From contig CAVRAI010000009.1 of assembly GCA_963718915.1 (NCBI GenBank), forward strand, positions 270,001-302,000: DNA of 32,000 bases, read 5' to 3'. This DNA comes from an uncultured Chloroflexia bacterium (GTDB lineage: Bacteria; Chloroflexota; Ktedonobacteria; Ktedonobacterales; JADMIN01). The notes beneath the pieces are model-generated. The model was not told the origin of the DNA. It saw only the letters and a program-made list of their open reading frames with translations, and searched no databases. The position numbers and the translations under genes were made by a program. Positions 8,666-17,844 of this stretch are shown piece after piece; the first letter of the stretch is position 1; every line of letters begins with the position of its first letter.

Positions 8666-10327
8666 AGGTTGTCCAGATACTTGTGCACAAGGTGCACGGC
8701 CATGGCGCCCTCGCCAACCGCCGAGGCCACCCGCTTCATCGAGGAGCGCCGAACGTCACCAGCGACGAAGACACCCGGCAGACTCGTCTCCAGTGGATAT
8801 GGTTCGCGTGCGCCTATCCATTTAGGGTGGTGAGCGCCATGCGGTAGCTCAGAGCCGGAGAGGATAAAGCCCTGCGCATCCCGTGCTACGACACCATCGA
8901 TCCACTCCGTGTGCGGATAGGCGCCGATAAACACGAAAAGGAAGTTTGACGGCATGACCTCATTGTGTCCAGTGGCGCGATTGGCAATCGTGATCGTCTC
9001 GATGTGCGTGCTCCCGCCGACCGCTACCACCTCACTCCGCAGCCGGAGTTGGATGGTTGGGATCGATGTGATCTGTTCGATCAGGTACTGTGACATGCTC
9101 AATTCGAGTTGTTCGGCGCGCACGAGCAGGGTGACGCTACGCGCGAAACGCGAGAAATAGACAGCCGCCTGGCCAGCGGAGTTGGCGCCGCCGATGATGT
9201 AGATATCCTGCTCGCGCAGACGTTGCGCCTCCGCAACACTGGCGCCATAATACACGCCCCGCCCCGCAAACTCCTCGATGCCTGGGACGTCAAGCTGACG
9301 ATAGGAGACACCCGTGGCGATCAGGACGGCGTGGCTGCTCAACTCGGCGCCGTTGCTCATTCGCACGACCCGGGCCGAACCGCGCGCCTCAAGCGCGCAT
9401 GCCTCCTGCACTGTTATCATCTCAGCGCCAAATCGACGGGCCTGCGTCATCGCGCGCCGGGCCAACTCAGAGCCGCTCACACCAGAGGGAAAGCCGAGAT
9501 AGTTCTCGATACGGGAACTCTGTCCGGCCTGTCCCCCAGGCGCCCGGCGTTCAATCAGCACCGTTCGCAGTCCCTCAGAGGCGCCATAGACCGCGGCGGC
9601 AAGCCCGGCTGGCCCCGCTCCGATGATGGTCAAGTCGTAGAAGGGAAGCTCGGCGTGTGTCACAAGGCCAACCTTCGGCCGCGAGGTCGGCGTCAGTTGG
9701 GGCTTCGAGCACCTCTCCCGACGCAGTCACCACGACGGGCAACCGTTCGGGAGTTGCGCGCGATCCTGCCGCGGCCAGTAGCTGCTGCGCTTCTGTATCA
9801 CTCTCCACGTCCAGCCAGCGAAATGGCACGTGGTTGCCAGTCAGCAGATCCTTCACCTCATGGGAGCGAGCCGACCAGCGATGACCAATCACCCGAACGC
9901 CCTCGAACGGCGGTTCGTAATGAGCGAGCCAATCGTCCAGCAGGTCGTCGAGCACAGGATAGAGCTTCTCGTCTGGCGGATCCCAGGGCTTGAGGAGGTA
10001 GTAGTCGAGGCCAACAATGTTGATGGCGCGAATAGCAGCGTCGATGTCGGCGTAGGCCGTCAGGAGGACGCGCCTGGCGTCGGGGAAAAGCTCGATGGAT
10101 TGTTCGAGCAGGTCAACCCCAGTCATTCCAGGCATACGGTGATCGGCCAGAAGCAGGGCGACCTCATCGCCGCTCAGTTTCAGTTCTCGCAGCGTTTCAA
10201 GGGCAGCGGGGCCAGATTCGGCGCGCAGCACGCGGAAGGTTTGGGCGTAGTGTCGGCGCAGGGTACGTGTAATGGCCTGAGAAACCGCCATGTCATCATC
10301 GACGGTCAGCAGAACCGGCTTATTCAT
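8662..10327 (-). pseudogene. fused response regulator / thioredoxin-reductase-like flavoprotein with one frameshift
   Basis: REC domain (LLLADHRMPGMTG), a linker domain, then a TrxR-like FAD/NAD(P) fold ([27 protein letters not shown]). The two halves are in different frames. Removing one nt near 9674-9679 reads ...[22 protein letters not shown]... The TrxR-like half has no CxxC. Confidence 0.8.
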
Positions 10328-10649
10328 GAATGATTTTCCTGGTGGCGCTCATCTCGAGGATAAGACCTTGCAAAAGAGAGAGCCTTGCTTTGGGAGCAGG
10401 CTCGATCACGCCGAGTATAGCACAGTGTGGCAGGACAACGGTGCGGGGAAAGGCAAGGACAGCCACCTCTCGCTTCTCCTGTATCCCCCTTTATGATCTA
10501 ACGCGAAACCAGCATCGTGCTACAAATAGCCACGAACGTGCGGCGCTATTCGCGCTGATGAGCTATTCTATTCGAGTGCTGCTGAGCATCAGGAGTACGG
10601 ACTGAACAATATCGCTGGCGGCCTGATAGGCGGTGAGGAGGACTACGCG

Positions 10650-11597
10650 ATGGCGGAGGTACGGACGTTTCGGTTTGGCGCCGGAGTCACCGGGGCAGGC
10701 TCACGCGCGGAGTGGATCGCGTTGGCGCGCCGAATCGAAGAGTTGGGGTATGCGGTTTTGCTGGTACCCGACCACTTTGACGAGGTATTTCTGCCCTCGG
10801 TGGCGCTGATGGCCGTGGCGGACGCCGCGCCACACCTGCGCATTGGGAGCTACGTCTATGATAATGACTTCCGCCATCCAGCGCTGCTGGCGAAGGAGGC
10901 CGCGACGCTCGACCTGCTCTCGGATGGCCGCCTGGAGCTTGGGATCGGGGCAGGCTGGAATCTTGCCGACTACGAGCAGACGGGACTGCCCTTCGAGAGC
11001 GCAGGGATACGGATCGAGCGTCTGGCCGAGGCCATCACGCTTGTGCGCCAGTTTTTCACGCAGGAGTCGGTGACGTTCGCGGGGAAATACTACCAGGTGA
11101 CAGCGTTACAAGGCATGCCAAAGCCAGCGCAGCGACCACATCCGCCGATTTTCATTGGAGGGGGCGGGAAGCGGGTGCTCACGCTGGCGGGCCAGGAGGC
11201 GGATATCGTCGGGCTGCACTTCAAGGTCAATGCGAACAACACGGTGGACGCTGAAGAGCGCCTGGAGACGGCGCTGGCTCGGAAGATTGCGTGGGTGCGG
11301 GAGGCGGCAGGTGAGCGATTCGCGGCGATTGAGCTGAACCTGCTGCTCAGCGGCGTGATTGTGACGGATGACCGGCAGCAGGCCGCGGAGGAGCGGGCGC
11401 GCGAGCTACAGGCTGGCGGCAGCACAGTGACCGCCGATGTCTTGCTGGAAAGCCCCTACTGGCTCATCGGCAGCGTGGATGAGATGGTAGAGCGGCTCGT
11501 GCGGCTGCGCGCGACACACGGCATCTCATATGTGGTGGCGCGTGAAGACGCGGTCGAGGCGTTCGCTCCGGTGGTGGCGCGCCTGACGGGAAAGTGA
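10650..11597 (+). CDS. LLM-class (luciferase-like) F420-dependent oxidoreductase
   Basis: 315-aa ORF. The N-terminus FRFG...LGYAVLLVPDHF, plus DLLSDGRLELGIGAGW and PPIFIGGGG, are typical of the luciferase-like monooxygenase fold. RBS GAGGAGG lies upstream. Confidence 0.85.
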   Translation: MAEVRTFRFGAGVTGAGSRAEWIALARRIEELGYAVLLVPDHFDEVFLPSVALMAVADAAPHLRIGSYVYDNDFRHPALLAKEAATLDLLSDGRLELGIGAGWNLADYEQTGLPFESAGIRIERLAEAITLVRQFFTQESVTFAGKYYQVTALQGMPKPAQRPHPPIFIGGGGKRVLTLAGQEADIVGLHFKVNANNTVDAEERLETALARKIAWVREAAGERFAAIELNLLLSGVIVTDDRQQAAEERARELQAGGSTVTADVLLESPYWLIGSVDEMVERLVRLRATHGISYVVAREDAVEAFAPVVARLTGK

Positions 11598-11620
11598 GCG
11601 CTGGCCACCTGACATTGTCC

Positions 11621-12556
11621 TCACGAGATGGGCGGGCAGACGTAGTAGGTGTCCTGGGTGGTCGCGGGGATTCGCGCCTGCATCGCCGGTGTTAGACACG
11701 CGATTCCCGTCCACACGATTGCCGATGGCGCCATGAGGAAAGCCCCATCACTCGGCGTCATCTGCCAGGGCGACGCGCCATCCACGCTCACCCCGAACTT
11801 GAGCGCGTAGGCGCCCTGGCTGGTCAGTCCATTCACGGCAACCACGATCGTGATCGCCTGGTTCGGGCCAATCGTAACAGGCCACGTCGTTCCTGTGACA
11901 GACGCCGAGGCGCCAGTGCTATCGCTGAGCAGCGTAGCCGTGAGCTGGGCGCCCGCGAACCCGCTGCTGCCGCAGCCCGGTGTCGTCTGTTTGGTCGCCG
12001 CATCGTAGGGGCCGCCCTGGCAGATGTGCCAGACGGTTACAGGGCCGCTGCTCGCGCTGAAGCTGGCGATGTTCACGCGCATGCTGGTGAGTGTATGCGA
12101 GGCGCTTGTCTTGTTACAGAACTGGAAGACATATCCACTTGCCAGCTCTGGATTGACGGGCGGGTTCGGGTGAAATGCGCCCACCCACAGAGCCTCGTTC
12201 GGGGTCAAAGAGACCTTGTAGGGCGCGTAGGGCGCGTTGTTGGGCATCAACGCGCTAATAGAAGAGTCGTCCAGTCGCTGGGGAATCGAAACGTCCAGGT
12301 CGCCCACGGCGACATACTTCGGCTGGGTAGGATTGGGGAGTGGTGGACATCCCGGCCACATGGTGATTATTTGATCGATGGGGGCCGTCGGTGCGGTAGG
12401 AAAAGGTGTATCTGTCGCCGCAGTCGTCGCGGTGCTCGCCGCCGCTTTCTGCCCGACTGTAGCGGTGGTCGAGGCGCCACAGCCGCTGAGGATCATGCCA
12501 AGTGTGAGCGCCGCCACGCACATCAAGCCGAGAGTCCTATACCGCACGTGTCGCAT
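11621..12556 (-). CDS. hypothetical lipoprotein
   Basis: 311-aa ORF with a lipobox signal (LTLGMILSGCGAS) and RBS AAGGAG upstream. No family recognised. Confidence 0.7.
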   Translation of the reverse strand: MRHVRYRTLGLMCVAALTLGMILSGCGASTTATVGQKAAASTATTAATDTPFPTAPTAPIDQIITMWPGCPPLPNPTQPKYVAVGDLDVSIPQRLDDSSISALMPNNAPYAPYKVSLTPNEALWVGAFHPNPPVNPELASGYVFQFCNKTSASHTLTSMRVNIASFSASSGPVTVWHICQGGPYDAATKQTTPGCGSSGFAGAQLTATLLSDSTGASASVTGTTWPVTIGPNQAITIVVAVNGLTSQGAYALKFGVSVDGASPWQMTPSDGAFLMAPSAIVWTGIACLTPAMQARIPATTQDTYYVCPPIS

Positions 12557-12612
12557 ATCATCTCCTTACACCTCACAGCATCCACGCCAGCAAGCAGCTG
12601 AACGCACGCCAC

Positions 12613-12641
12613 AGTATAGCAGACGAGGCTGCTATGCCAAA
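12613..12641 (-). promoter_or_regulatory. sigma70-like promoter TTTGGC-17nt-TATACT for the lipoprotein gene
   Basis: On the minus strand the -35 TTTGGC is at 12641-12636, followed by a 17-nt spacer and the -10 TATACT at 12618-12613. It is about 55 nt upstream of the ATG at 12556. Confidence 0.4.
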
Positions 12642-12710
12642 GCCCCCCGCGTAAAAGCCGGGAGCTTGCATCTACCGCACCGAGAGGTACCATTGTTGGC
12701 CAGCTACACG

Positions 12711-13973
12711 CTAGGTCGGGCTGGCTACGGGTGACGGCGTATCCGTCGGCGCGGGAGGTGGCGTATCGGTTGGTGTCGCGACATCTGTCGGGCTGGGCGT
12801 GGGTGTTGGCGGCTGGTAGCCGAAGAGCAACTGTGGCAGGCTCACCGGCGTCAGACCGCGCGCATTCAGTCCGGCGAGGATGTAGGGCAGCGCGGCGAGG
12901 GTCTGCGAGCGGCCGGCGGGGCCATCGTGCATCAGGATGATGGAGCCGGGATGCACATTGGCCAGCACGCGATTGACAATCGTCATCGTCCCCGGCTGCG
13001 ACCAGTCCGCTGGATCGTCATTCCAGATGATCGTCGTAAGGCCAAATGATGCCGCCTGAGACAAAATAGCGCTGTTATAGTCACCATACGGCGGACGCCA
13101 CAGCCAGAGGCAGGCATTCGCGCCCAGGTCGGCATGTAATTGCTGCGCCGTCGCGGCAAACTGCCAGGCGCGCTGTGAGGGGGTGAGCGTCGGCATGTCG
13201 GGATGGTTCCAGGTGTGGATGCCGATGGTGAACCCGTCTGCCGCCTCACGCTGAATCAGCCAGGGATAGGCCTTGGCATACTGGCCGAGCACAAAGAACG
13301 TGGCGGGTGTGTGCGTCTTCTCCAGGTATGAGATGATTGCCGGGGAGTAGGCTGGCGTTGGGCCATCGTCGAAGGTCAGGGCAACGGCGTTGGCGTGTGG
13401 CGCGCCATAGTCGCTCGCGCTACGTATCGCGTGCCCCGCGGGCGCGGGAGCCTGGCCGCCGGGACAGCCCTGCCCGCCAGAGATCGGACCGGTATAGGGA
13501 GGGAATGTGCCCCCCGTCGGCGGTACGCCATCACCTACGATAGCCGGTGTCGCTTTCGGCGTCGCGGTCGCGGTGAACGTAGCGGTTGGGGGCGCCATGG
13601 TCGCGGTGGCGGGCAGATGGGTCGCGCGCGCCGTCGGGCTGGACGCGGTGAACGCCACCAGGAATCCCGCGGCGTTCCCACTGCCGATATACAGTGTGGC
13701 GGCGAGACTCGCCACCAGCAATAGGACGCTCGCTCCCAGCAACGCCGCGCGCACGGGCCGCTTCTTTGTCCGGGCTGGCGGCGCCGTGATTGTCCACGTC
13801 GTCGCGGTCAGCGTCTCCGCCTGGCTATCCACCACCGTCGCAGGCTCAGGAGTTCCTGGTTCAGCGGACGCGCTCTCCACGCCATCCGCTGGCGAATGCT
13901 CCTCGTCTGACTCTTCCACCTGTGCCACCCTCCCCGTCGATACATCACCCTCCTGCGCCTGACGGCGCGACAT
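12711..13973 (-). CDS. membrane-anchored polysaccharide deacetylase (NodB homology domain)
   Basis: VALTFDDGP...TFFVLG...IGIHTWNHP motifs, a TM helix (LLGASVLLLVASLAATLYI) and a Pro/Thr-rich C-terminal tail. The ATG at 13973 is preferred over the tracked 14108, which would overlap the upstream MFS gene. Confidence 0.85.
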   Translation of the reverse strand: MSRRQAQEGDVSTGRVAQVEESDEEHSPADGVESASAEPGTPEPATVVDSQAETLTATTWTITAPPARTKKRPVRAALLGASVLLLVASLAATLYIGSGNAAGFLVAFTASSPTARATHLPATATMAPPTATFTATATPKATPAIVGDGVPPTGGTFPPYTGPISGGQGCPGGQAPAPAGHAIRSASDYGAPHANAVALTFDDGPTPAYSPAIISYLEKTHTPATFFVLGQYAKAYPWLIQREAADGFTIGIHTWNHPDMPTLTPSQRAWQFAATAQQLHADLGANACLWLWRPPYGDYNSAILSQAASFGLTTIIWNDDPADWSQPGTMTIVNRVLANVHPGSIILMHDGPAGRSQTLAALPYILAGLNARGLTPVSLPQLLFGYQPPTPTPSPTDVATPTDTPPPAPTDTPSPVASPT

Positions 13974-14003
13974 TCGGGCAGGGCGCGTACAGGCGACTAT
14001 AAC

Positions 14004-14043
14004 AGACGCCGCTCTCTCTGTATAGTGGCCTGGGATCACAATC
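14004..14043 (-). repeat. conserved intergenic motif, copy 1
   Basis: Minus-sense sequence GATTGTGATCCCAGGCCACTATACAGAGAGAGCGGCGTCT, starting 21 nt after the MFS stop. It is about 80% identical to 16052-16090. Confidence 0.6.
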
Positions 14044-14064
14044 ATGTATCGCGAGGATTGGCTC

Positions 14065-15345
14065 TCAGATGGGCGTCGACACTTTTTCGTCGAGTTCCAC
14101 GTGCGCATCGGCGCGTGGTCGCGCGATCACTCCGAAGGCGGCGCACGCGAGCGCTGTGACGCCCGCGACCAGAAAGGCAAGATCGGTTCCCCCGCGCGCG
14201 GCCAGACTCCCGGCGATCAGCGCGCCGAACGGGCTGGAGCCAGCAAAGATGTAGCTGTAGAGTCCCGCCACCCGCCCCTGCAAATATGCGGGCGCCGATA
14301 ACTGCACCAGCGCGTTGGTTGTCGAGGTATAGATGGTATAGCAGACGCCCGTCACGATCACCAGCGCGACCACGCTGAGCACCGTACGTTGTGGCGCGAG
14401 CAGTAGCTCTCCCAGGCCAAACCCCGCCGCGCTCGCCAGCAATATTGGCCAGCTCACGCGCCCAATGGAGGCCGAGATGAGCGCGCCGACTAACGCGCCC
14501 GCGCCAAAGCATGCGGTAATCAGACCATACACCCTGGCGTCGGCGTGCAGCGTGTCGCTGGCCACCAATGGCAGCAACACGGAGAAGTTGATGCAGACCG
14601 TGGCGATAATGGTGAATATCGTGAGCGCAAGCCTCAAAGAGGGTGTTTGCCGGACAAAGCGTAGCCCTTCGGTCACGCTGGTCCACATCGTTGTGCGCGG
14701 GCCGCGATGCTGCGGCAACAGCTCGTCTATCCGCATGAGCAACAACGCGACAATCACAGCCACATAGCTGAGAGCATCGATGGAGAAACAGATGCCGACG
14801 CCGAACGACGCAATAAGAATACCGCCGATGCCTGGCCCCAGGATGCGTGTGGCGTTCGCCAGGCTGGAGTTGAGCGCGATGGCGTTGGGCAACTCGTCGC
14901 GCCCGACCATCTGGAAGATGAACGCCTGTCGGCTCGGATTGTTGAGGACGAGCGCCAGCCCGCGCATGGCGGCGATAGCGTACACCTCCCATAGGACGAC
15001 GACATGTGTCAGCGTCAGCACGGCGATGACAGTGCTGCAGAGCGCGAGCGCTACCTGCGTCAAGATCAGCGTGATGCGGTGATCCATCCGGTCGGCGAGC
15101 GCGCCGCCAAAGAGGCCGAGCAGCGCGTATGGGCCGAATTGCCAGAAAGCCAGAAGACCGACGGCGAAGGCGGAATGGGTCATCAGGAGGACAAGCCACG
15201 CCATCGCCGCGCTCTGCAGCCAGGTACCCACCTGGGAGAGAAATTGACCTGAGAAATAGAGCCGGTAATTATAGTGGTTGCGCAGGCTCGTAAAGGTGCG
15301 TCCGCCGATGATACCCGCTGCTGAAGCGCGCACGGAGAATCTCAT
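14065..15345 (-). CDS. MFS transporter (DHA3/EntS-like)
   Basis: Multi-TM protein beginning MRFSVRASAAGIIGGRTFTSLRNHYNYRLYFSGQFLSQVGTWLQ. The ATG at 15345 overlaps the marR stop as ATGA. Confidence 0.85.
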   Translation of the reverse strand: MRFSVRASAAGIIGGRTFTSLRNHYNYRLYFSGQFLSQVGTWLQSAAMAWLVLLMTHSAFAVGLLAFWQFGPYALLGLFGGALADRMDHRITLILTQVALALCSTVIAVLTLTHVVVLWEVYAIAAMRGLALVLNNPSRQAFIFQMVGRDELPNAIALNSSLANATRILGPGIGGILIASFGVGICFSIDALSYVAVIVALLLMRIDELLPQHRGPRTTMWTSVTEGLRFVRQTPSLRLALTIFTIIATVCINFSVLLPLVASDTLHADARVYGLITACFGAGALVGALISASIGRVSWPILLASAAGFGLGELLLAPQRTVLSVVALVIVTGVCYTIYTSTTNALVQLSAPAYLQGRVAGLYSYIFAGSSPFGALIAGSLAARGGTDLAFLVAGVTALACAAFGVIARPRADAHVELDEKVSTPI

Positions 15346-15800
15346 GCGTCGCGCCTGACTAGCTGAGACAACGGTTCGATGGCGGCCTCCACGGCGGCCA
15401 GCGCCTCTGGCGCCAGCATCTCCAGGCGCGCGGCGAGCCACGCGGTACGGCGCTCGCGCAATGTCTTGAGCACACCCTCTCCGGCGGGCGTCAGATTCAG
15501 CGAGACACGACGCCGATCGTTGGGGTCACTGCGCGAACGTTCGAGCAAACCGAGCGCCTGGAGCTTGTCGATGTGGCCCACCAGTGTCGGAGCGCTCATG
15601 TGCTCCTGGGAGGCCAGCTCACCCAGACCGATGCCCCCGGCACGCTGTATGGCGCCCAGCAGACTCGCCTGAGTGCTGGTCACGCCAAGTTCGTGCGCCT
15701 CCCCGCGGAGATAGCGATGGATACGCAGCAACGCTGGCCGCAGACGGTTGGCGACCGCCAGCGCATCGACCGCGCCCGCTGATGCCGAGGAATTACCCAT
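15342..15800 (-). CDS. MarR family transcriptional regulator
   Basis: Winged-helix region (TSTQASLLGAIQRAGGIGLGELASQEHMSAPTLVGHIDKLQALGLLER..DRRRV). The ATG at 15800 has GGAGG 5 nt upstream; an alternative ATG lies at 15812. Confidence 0.85.
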   Translation of the reverse strand: MGNSSASAGAVDALAVANRLRPALLRIHRYLRGEAHELGVTSTQASLLGAIQRAGGIGLGELASQEHMSAPTLVGHIDKLQALGLLERSRSDPNDRRRVSLNLTPAGEGVLKTLRERRTAWLAARLEMLAPEALAAVEAAIEPLSQLVRRDA

Positions 15801-15880
15801 GATTGCCTCCATGATAACCGAGAATACCAGGCAAATTAGACCGCTCCGCCGTGACAGTGTGAGGCGCGAAGCCAGATCAT

Positions 15881-15904
15881 TCGTTAGCCTAACGATATAT
15901 TATC
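15881..15904 (-). promoter_or_regulatory. candidate MarR operator (perfect 7-1-7 palindrome) abutting an extended -10
   Basis: TCGTTAGcCTAACGA at 15881-15895. On the minus strand TGtGATAAT (hexamer 15904-15899) lies immediately upstream of the palindrome. The site is about 70-90 nt upstream of marR. Confidence 0.5.
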
Positions 15905-16051
15905 ACAACACGATGAATGCGAGCCATACATTCAGCGCTAAAGTGGCTGGTCAGGGCATGGCGAGGATCGAGACCTGGCGTTGTAGATTTGGTGCAGACG
16001 TCGGTTTTCGGCGCGACAGGGCGATAACAACCCCTCATGAGACAATCGCCG

Positions 16052-16090
16052 AGACGCCTTCTCTCGCTATAGTGGTCTGGGATTTCAATC
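16052..16090 (-). repeat. conserved intergenic motif, copy 2
   Basis: Minus-sense sequence GATTGAAATCCCAGACCACTATAGCGAGAGAAGGCGTCT, starting 44 nt after the esterase stop and about 240 nt upstream of marR. Confidence 0.6.
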
Positions 16091-16134
16091 GTAGCGATGT
16101 CACGCGGCGGATGAAGAGAGCGGGTGAGCGCCTT

Positions 16135-17154
16135 TCACCCGCCAGCAGGCGGGGTGAGGAAGACGACCGCCTGACGCAAAATCTCGCGGACCTGCCCCTC
16201 GTCGAGTCCCGCGAAGACATGACCACCAGCATAGCTGATGTATTGCACCGGCACATGATAGCGTCGCAGAGCCTGCTCGAGCGCGCGCGATTGCGTCTCC
16301 GGCACTTCTGTATCCGTGGCTCCCTGCACAATGAGCATTCTGGCGCTGGATGCCGAAATGGCATAGAGGGGAGATGCTTTATGATAGAGTTCCGGATTAC
16401 TCGCGGGCGTCTGCCTGAGCAGATCGAAGATTTCCGCCTGATTGTCAGAGGATGTCTTTATCCAGGATACGAGATCAACCGGCCCGTAGAAATCCGCGAC
16501 ACAGGCGACCCGCGACGACTGATTGGTATATTGATTGGCGCGATCACCGGGCAATGTCGTCGTGAGGGCTCCGAGAAACACGGCCAGATACGCGCCGGAA
16601 GACATGCCGACCGAGCAAATATATCTGCCGTCAATTCCCAGTTCCTGCGCATGCGCGCGGAGCCAGCGGACAGCCAGTTGCGCGTCCTCCACCTGCGCTG
16701 GCCACGGGTCGGCATGCGCCAGCCGGTAATTGATCGAGGCGACGACAAAGCCTTGCGAGGCGAGACCCATGCAGAGGTCCGTCAGCGTGTCGCCCTGAAC
16801 ATCGAATTCGGCGCGCTTGTCGCCAACGGTCGAGCTACCACCGTGAATCAGTACGATTCCTGGCAAGGGGGCCGTCGGATGGTCAGGCGCGCAGAGATCG
16901 AGCGTCTCCAGCGGCGCGGATCCATAGGCGAGATCAGGGCGCATCGCAACGGAGTAACGTGGCGTAAACAGATGGGCGAAGGTTGCGGTCGGCGTGGATG
17001 CCGGTGTAGATGCAGGCGCAGTGGTTGTCGGCGCCTGTTTCGCCGATGGAGCGCCGCCGCATGCCGCGAGCGCCAGAACCGCGACGCAACCTGCTACGAG
17101 CAGCCAACTCGACCAGCCATGATGTCCATGACGCTCATGATGAATTAACCACAT
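16135..17154 (-). CDS. secreted alpha/beta hydrolase (esterase/lipase-like)
   Basis: Signal/lipobox-like N-terminus (VAVLALAACGG), an HGG motif (LIHGGSS) and a GxSxG elbow (GMSSG). Confidence 0.8.
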   Translation of the reverse strand: MWLIHHERHGHHGWSSWLLVAGCVAVLALAACGGAPSAKQAPTTTAPASTPASTPTATFAHLFTPRYSVAMRPDLAYGSAPLETLDLCAPDHPTAPLPGIVLIHGGSSTVGDKRAEFDVQGDTLTDLCMGLASQGFVVASINYRLAHADPWPAQVEDAQLAVRWLRAHAQELGIDGRYICSVGMSSGAYLAVFLGALTTTLPGDRANQYTNQSSRVACVADFYGPVDLVSWIKTSSDNQAEIFDLLRQTPASNPELYHKASPLYAISASSARMLIVQGATDTEVPETQSRALEQALRRYHVPVQYISYAGGHVFAGLDEGQVREILRQAVVFLTPPAGG

Positions 17155-17238
17155 GCTTTGTCACTCCATTCATTCCAAACCAGAGCAGCTATCGTCTCCG
17201 CGAATTCTCGAAGACGTTCGTGGACTATATAACCGCCA

Positions 17239-17787
17239 TTAGTCGGCGCGGATCGGGCCGCAGGCGGCTGGCAATACTTGATCGTAGGCGCCCTGGTAGT
17301 TGAGTCCGTGAATGAGAACGACATGGCTCGTGAGCGGCACGATGTTGAACGCTTCATCTGGGGTAATGGCCAATCGCTGCGACCACGTGATCCTGCCAGC
17401 GCTGTCTGCGACAGGCGTCGGCTCGAAGGGCATGGCTACTGGTCCGTAGGCGGGCGTGCCAGCCGCAAGGGTGATGATGCCATCGGCGTTTGCGCTGGCG
17501 GGGGTAGGGCAGGTTGCCGTCATGTCGTGCGCGCCGTGGATGTGTTGCATGTGTTCCTGGTTAGGCACAAGTCCAGTGAGCGAGATGGTTACGAGCATCG
17601 TATCGCCCGTGATTGCCAGTTCGACCGTTCCAGTAACGCCCGACGCATTGAGCGGCGCAAGCGTGGCATGGTAGTGTTGCGTCGGGAGGGTGGGAGTGCG
17701 TGTAGCCACGCTATTTGATGACGATGCGCCGCAGCCAGCCAGCGCCAGGGTAAGCGCAATCATAAGCACAGAACAGATGCGTCTCAT
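17239..17787 (-). CDS. lipoprotein, tentatively CHRD-domain-like
   Basis: The ATG at 17787 gives MRRICSVLMIALTLALAGCGAS (lipobox). The pattern HATLAPLNASGVTGTVELAITGDTMLVTISLTGLVPNQEHMQHIHG resembles a CHRD domain. The function call is tentative. Confidence 0.6.
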   Translation of the reverse strand: MRRICSVLMIALTLALAGCGASSSNSVATRTPTLPTQHYHATLAPLNASGVTGTVELAITGDTMLVTISLTGLVPNQEHMQHIHGAHDMTATCPTPASANADGIITLAAGTPAYGPVAMPFEPTPVADSAGRITWSQRLAITPDEAFNIVPLTSHVVLIHGLNYQGAYDQVLPAACGPIRAD

Positions 17788-17844
17788 GGTGTTTTCTCCC
17801 ACGGATGATTTCAGAATGGGGCGGCGATTCTCCGGGATCGCAAC

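Noticed and set aside
12605-12625. Possible third, degenerate plus-strand copy of the conserved intergenic motif (GCCACAGTATAGCAGACGAGG)
   Set aside because: It is better explained as the reverse complement of a TTTGGC-17-TATACT promoter serving the minus-strand lipoprotein gene.
14018-14030. CACTATAC / CACTATAG core in the conserved intergenic motif resembles T7/SP6 phage RNA polymerase promoters
   Set aside because: Only about 8 nt match. The specificity region further upstream differs, and no single-subunit RNA polymerase or other phage genes are in the window. I treat it as coincidence unless a genome-wide search shows otherwise.
14042-15199. 385-aa minus-strand ORF in an alternative frame of the MFS gene
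   Set aside because: It is an out-of-frame overlap of a clear 12-TM-type MFS reading frame. The translation is Arg/His-rich and nonsensical.
15748-17148. 466-aa plus-strand ORF
   Set aside because: It is antisense to the well-supported esterase and marR genes. The product is Arg-rich and low-complexity with no motifs. This is a typical high-GC shadow ORF.
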